Shown here piece by piece: positions 59,901-64,000 of a DNA stretch of 64,000 bases (its first letter is position 1; each line of letters begins with the position of its first letter). The DNA is from the human T2T-CHM13v2.0 reference genome, Homo sapiens: the NCBI RefSeq assembly GCF_009914755.1, contig NC_060928.1. The stretch is one strand, 5' to 3'. A program made the position numbers and the translations under genes. Below the pieces are notes generated by a model, which made no database searches, was not told where the DNA came from, and saw only the letters and a list, made by a program, of their open reading frames with translations.

Positions 59901-60689
59901 TTTGAAATTATAACTCACTTTAAGAATGATAATTCTAGCAACAATATAGAGGGGGGTACAAATGTGTTTAAAGCTTATGAAAGGAAGTAATCAAGTACCT
60001 GAAAATTGTGTATCAGGGCCCGCAAGGTGGGAGAAGTTATGCTAAGTGCTGAGCAAGACAGACATGGCTCATACCTTTGCAGTCATCCAAGACTATAAGA
60101 AAAACATATATTTAGAAATACAATATGAAGACAGTGCTGATTTCAAGATGATGTTGCTAGGGATTCTAACATAGCATGTGGCTTGCAATACTCTCACTTA
60201 TTAGGTTGCTTTTCAGGTGAGTCTTAAAAATGTAAAAGAGTTGATTAATAGAGAAAAGCGTCCAGGCATAGGTTAGGGGCAGTACTCCTGGAAATAAGAA
60301 TTGCATTATGCAGTTGTTTTGAGGTTTAAGAAGGAAATAGGAAGTTCAAGGTAACCAAAAATACATTTTACATCAGCTGAGTTTGTATTGTGGGACACAG
60401 ATATGATATCCGAGGTCTGCTAATAGAGAAGCTACAGAAGATGGTGGTTGTTGTAAGTCACATTAAGATATATGAAATTTATGCTATGAGATAAGAAGCC
60501 AGCAAATATTTTAAGTAGAAGAATCAGATTTATATTTTTGTAAGATCACTATGGCTACGTTGTTTGAGAATCGTTGGAGAAAACTATGAATGGAAGCTAG
60601 TAAAATGGTTGAGACAAAAATTACGAGACCTTGATTTGAAAAGGTTAAAAAAAAAAGCACTAGAAAGTAAGTTGATTGAGGTAATTGAC

Positions 60690-61140
60690 TGTTTCTTTCC
60701 TAGGACTGCCATAACAAAGGAGGAGAAACTGATGTCTTAAAACAACACACATTTATTATATAATAGTTCTGGAGGTTAAAATTTAAAAATTAAGGAGTCA
60801 GTAGGCACATGCTCTCTCTGAAGCATCTAGGAATGAATCATTTTCGTGTCCTTTTCCAGCTTCTGCGGTTTGCTGGGAATCCTTGGTTTTCATTTGCTTG
60901 CAGCTATGTAATGATATTCTTTGTCTCCATCGTCACATAAAACTTTTCCCTCTGTGTCTCTGCCTCTTCTCTTTTTTTGTATGGATGCCAGTCATATTAG
61001 GTTTAGTGCATATTCCAGTATAAAATCATCTTAACTAATTATATCTGCAAATTACCCTGTGTCCAAATTTCACATGCTGAGGTACTAGGGCAAAGGACTT
61101 CAAAATATATATTTTTGGTGATACAGTTCAAACCACTACA
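60690..61140 (-). mobile_element. MaLR MLT1 (B/C-like) LTR within L2 remnants
   Basis: TTTCCTAGGACTGCCATAACAAA...CTTAAAACAAC...AGTTCTGGAGG...GAGGTACTAGGG...GTTCAAACCACTACA. Confidence 0.8.
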
Positions 61141-63454
61141 GTTACCAGTGTGGGGATAATGAGAATGAGGGAAATCTGTTTCTGACCAATCCAAATGGTG
61201 CTTTATCTCTACACAATAGGAATATTGGAAAATAATTTTATATGTTTTTATATGTTTCTGAAATATATTTTAGTGTTTTATGTATTGACAACCATATTTT
61301 CTGTGATAACTCCTTTAATGGATACTACATTGTGGCAGTTAAGCTTCATTTTTCAAGCAGGATACTTTCATCAGCTGGTAATGAAAATCTGCTTGACTAG
61401 AGCTTATTATACAGTTGACACATATGACACAGAGCTGACACACAGCTGACACCATTTGACACCCATTTGAGATCTTTCACTCTCTTATACATTCCTCTCC
61501 AAACACTGTCATTGCTTAATGGAATAAAATTAACTTTTTCATTACATTTTCTTTTATAATTGTAATAATTATCCTTTTTCAGCAGGAAAAGTTATTTTTT
61601 TTTAGTATTGTCAGGTTGTCCACTTTTATTTTTCACATTTTTTATTATTGTGAAGGAAGCTACACCTTCATTCATGTAATCTTATAAGTATCATGTATTT
61701 TCTAACTTTTTAAGCACATTTTTGTAAATATTTACTTAAACCTAATTTTTACCCTAATTAGAAAAAAGATAGAAGTATAGGCTTGTTGATAACTGTGTAT
61801 CATCAGTAAAATTATGAAGCCTGTTTGGAACTATCAGAGGGAATATGGTTCATATGTTTTCTTTCTTGTTGCCATTTTTCAAATGAAGACCAAATTAATA
61901 TTTTACTGTGTTATATTTTGAATATTAGAAATACTACAACTACAAAAGGAGACTGATATAAGTGTTTTGTATTGGCAATGAAAATCCATAAACATATCTG
62001 CTATTGGAGGATTATTTTTCCTAGTGATGAGTAAATATTGTTACATAACATAATTAAAATCATCATTTGATTTATATGATTGCTGCATTCCCCAAAATAC
62101 ACTGTTTATTAAACACATATATAAATGTTTCAAATATATGTATATTTGTGTATATATGTAGTCATATAAATATATGAATTGGCTTCTAAGTACAGATAAA
62201 GGGAATTTCTTCTAGATTAATGTGTGATGGCATATTTAAAAAGTTGTTTAGAAAAAAAAATTTGTTTTTCAGGAATATCTCAAGAAGTTAAGGGAATTCG
62301 GATTCTGGCCAAGATATAGTAATACGGACCAGATTTAACCTTCTAAAGTAACTTTAAAAATGGTGAAAACCTATTCTAAAATAATATTCCTATATTGCAT
62401 ATCAAGCATCTCAAAATCGTCATTCCTAAGGAGGAGAAATAAATAAGGTACACCTTATAGAATTCCCAACTTACTGCCTAGAGAAAGCATTCAGGCTCCA
62501 AAGAGAAAGGGAAACCATGGTGGCCTCCCTGGGTTGAGATGCTGTTGTTAATCTGGGGCTGGCAAGAGTTTTAAAATTTTCAGGGCAGAGTGCTAAAGAA
62601 CAGAGAGCTGCAGAGAGAGAAAGCAATAAAGACCTTCAGAAAGTGTTCCTGGAGTACTCAACCATAAATCAGAGCATGCACGTAACAAAACAAAGGCTAA
62701 AGATTGAAGAAGGAACATTTTATGACTCATCCTAGGGTTTAGAAATGCTTTCTTTTTTTTTTCTAGACAAAATGTTAACATCTTTAATCATAAATGAACT
62801 CTTCAGAAATCAGTACAAAGAGACTAACATTACAAGGGAAGTGAAAATAAAAGGAACAGAGGAAAATGGAATAGCACAAATGAGTTATAAGGCTATACGA
62901 AGATGATGTAGTTAACATTAATAGCTGAGAAAGCAATTTCATTATAAATTATATTATCGATCCTTACAAATATTGATTATCTGATGTTTGTACAGCTTTA
63001 GGAAATAAAGAATTCTCAAATACTGTGGAAACTTATTAGAGTCATGGGGAGTTTACTCAATAATGTAGATTTTTGCATAAACTTGGCCCCAGCAGTTCCA
63101 AACCACAGGAATCACCCCAACAAAGTAATTAGATACACACCCACACACATACACATACATGTTTACTACATAGAAAATGTATAAGTAATATATCATCCCC
63201 CCAAAACTACTTATGTATCAACTGGTTTATAAAAAATTGGCTGTGGGGTAGAAGTAGAGAAAAGGCACTTAAGTAAAAATACTACATTTCACAAAATTCT
63301 ATGTCCTTTGAATTCTTATGAAACATTTTTAATGAATCAATTTTATATTTACCCTGTGATTAGTGAAAATTATAAATATATGCACTTCATACTTATGAAA
63401 GCACTGAGATGAAGCCCTTTAAGAGAAATGCTTTCATTTCAAAACCAAATTTGA

Positions 63455-63535
63455 TCATTACACATTGTATGCTTGTATTGAAATATTACTTGTACCTCAT
63501 AAATATGTACAACTATTTACATTGATAAAAAGTTT
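63455..63535 (+). mobile_element. Short L1MA-type 3' terminus
   Basis: ATCATTACACATTGTATGCTTGTATTGAAATATTACTTGTACCTCATAAATATGTACAACTAT. Confidence 0.65.
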
Positions 63536-63599
63536 AAAATTTATAATATAAGATTGAAGTTTTCTTCAAAATCTCTCATGAGCATACTTGGAAAAATTA

Positions 63600-64000
63600 T
63601 GTCAATATTCTAGCAAATCAAATTGTGTGTGTGCGTGTTTATGGGAAACAACATGAATACGGGGGGTTAGCTAAGGAATACATTTGCTTTAGAATTCTGA
63701 AATTAAAAAATATGATTCACCATATTAGCAAACTATACAAGATAACATTTGTGAGCGTTATAGTAGATGCAGAAAAGCATCTGATAAAAGTCAGCATTCA
63801 TTCCTGATAAAATTCATATCAAACTATGGAAGATACCTTTGTCAACCTGGTAGAGGACATCTACTGATACAAAGTAACTGCAGCTAATATAACTTCATGA
63901 TGGAAAACTAGATATTTTTCCACCCGTGTAAATATATCAATTGTTTCAACTTTTCTTCAACATTGTAATTGAGGGTTTTCCCAGTGCAGTTAGTCAAGAA
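63600..64000 (+). mobile_element. Old L1 ORF2 (RT) fragment running off the window end
   Basis: ORF 63625-63807 contains MIHHISK..IVDAEKHLIK (degenerate [11 protein letters not shown]); ends TTCAACATTGTAATTGAGGG..CCAGTGCAGTTAGTCAAGAA. Confidence 0.8.

Noticed and set aside
61416-61463. Repeat-spacer pattern as a CRISPR-like array
   Set aside because: Repeats of 6 bp and spacers of 3-5 bp are far too short; eukaryotic context with no cas genes

Overview
AT-rich human genomic DNA (an AluYa5 is present, a human-specific subfamily) that looks like a gene desert or large intron. No intact protein-coding gene, CRISPR array or prokaryotic system is supportable; the ORF-track entries are chance ORFs or decayed L1/Alu fragments. 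The window is dominated by interspersed repeats (Alu, L1, L2, MIR, MaLR/ERVL/ERV1 LTRs, MER5). Features the ORF track misses: a full-length decayed processed pseudogene of RPF2 (15.5-16.5 kb); a tailless 35-nt U2 snRNA retrocopy with a 15-bp TSD; a twin-primed 5'-inverted L1PA nested in an MLT1 LTR inside an older L1; a tail-less internal L1PB-like fragment flanked by a 19-bp direct repeat; a templated-insertion patchwork at 21.9-22.1 kb that copies 86 bp of that L1; a perfect 70-bp-arm inverted duplication at 56.6-57.0 kb; and a non-repeat CpG-enriched promoter/enhancer-like island at about 51.1-51.5 kb. I found no convincing new biological system; the most unusual signals are DNA-repair/retrotransposition scars and candidate regulatory elements. 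Repeat subfamily names come from recalled consensus sequences, and boundaries of old repeats are approximate.
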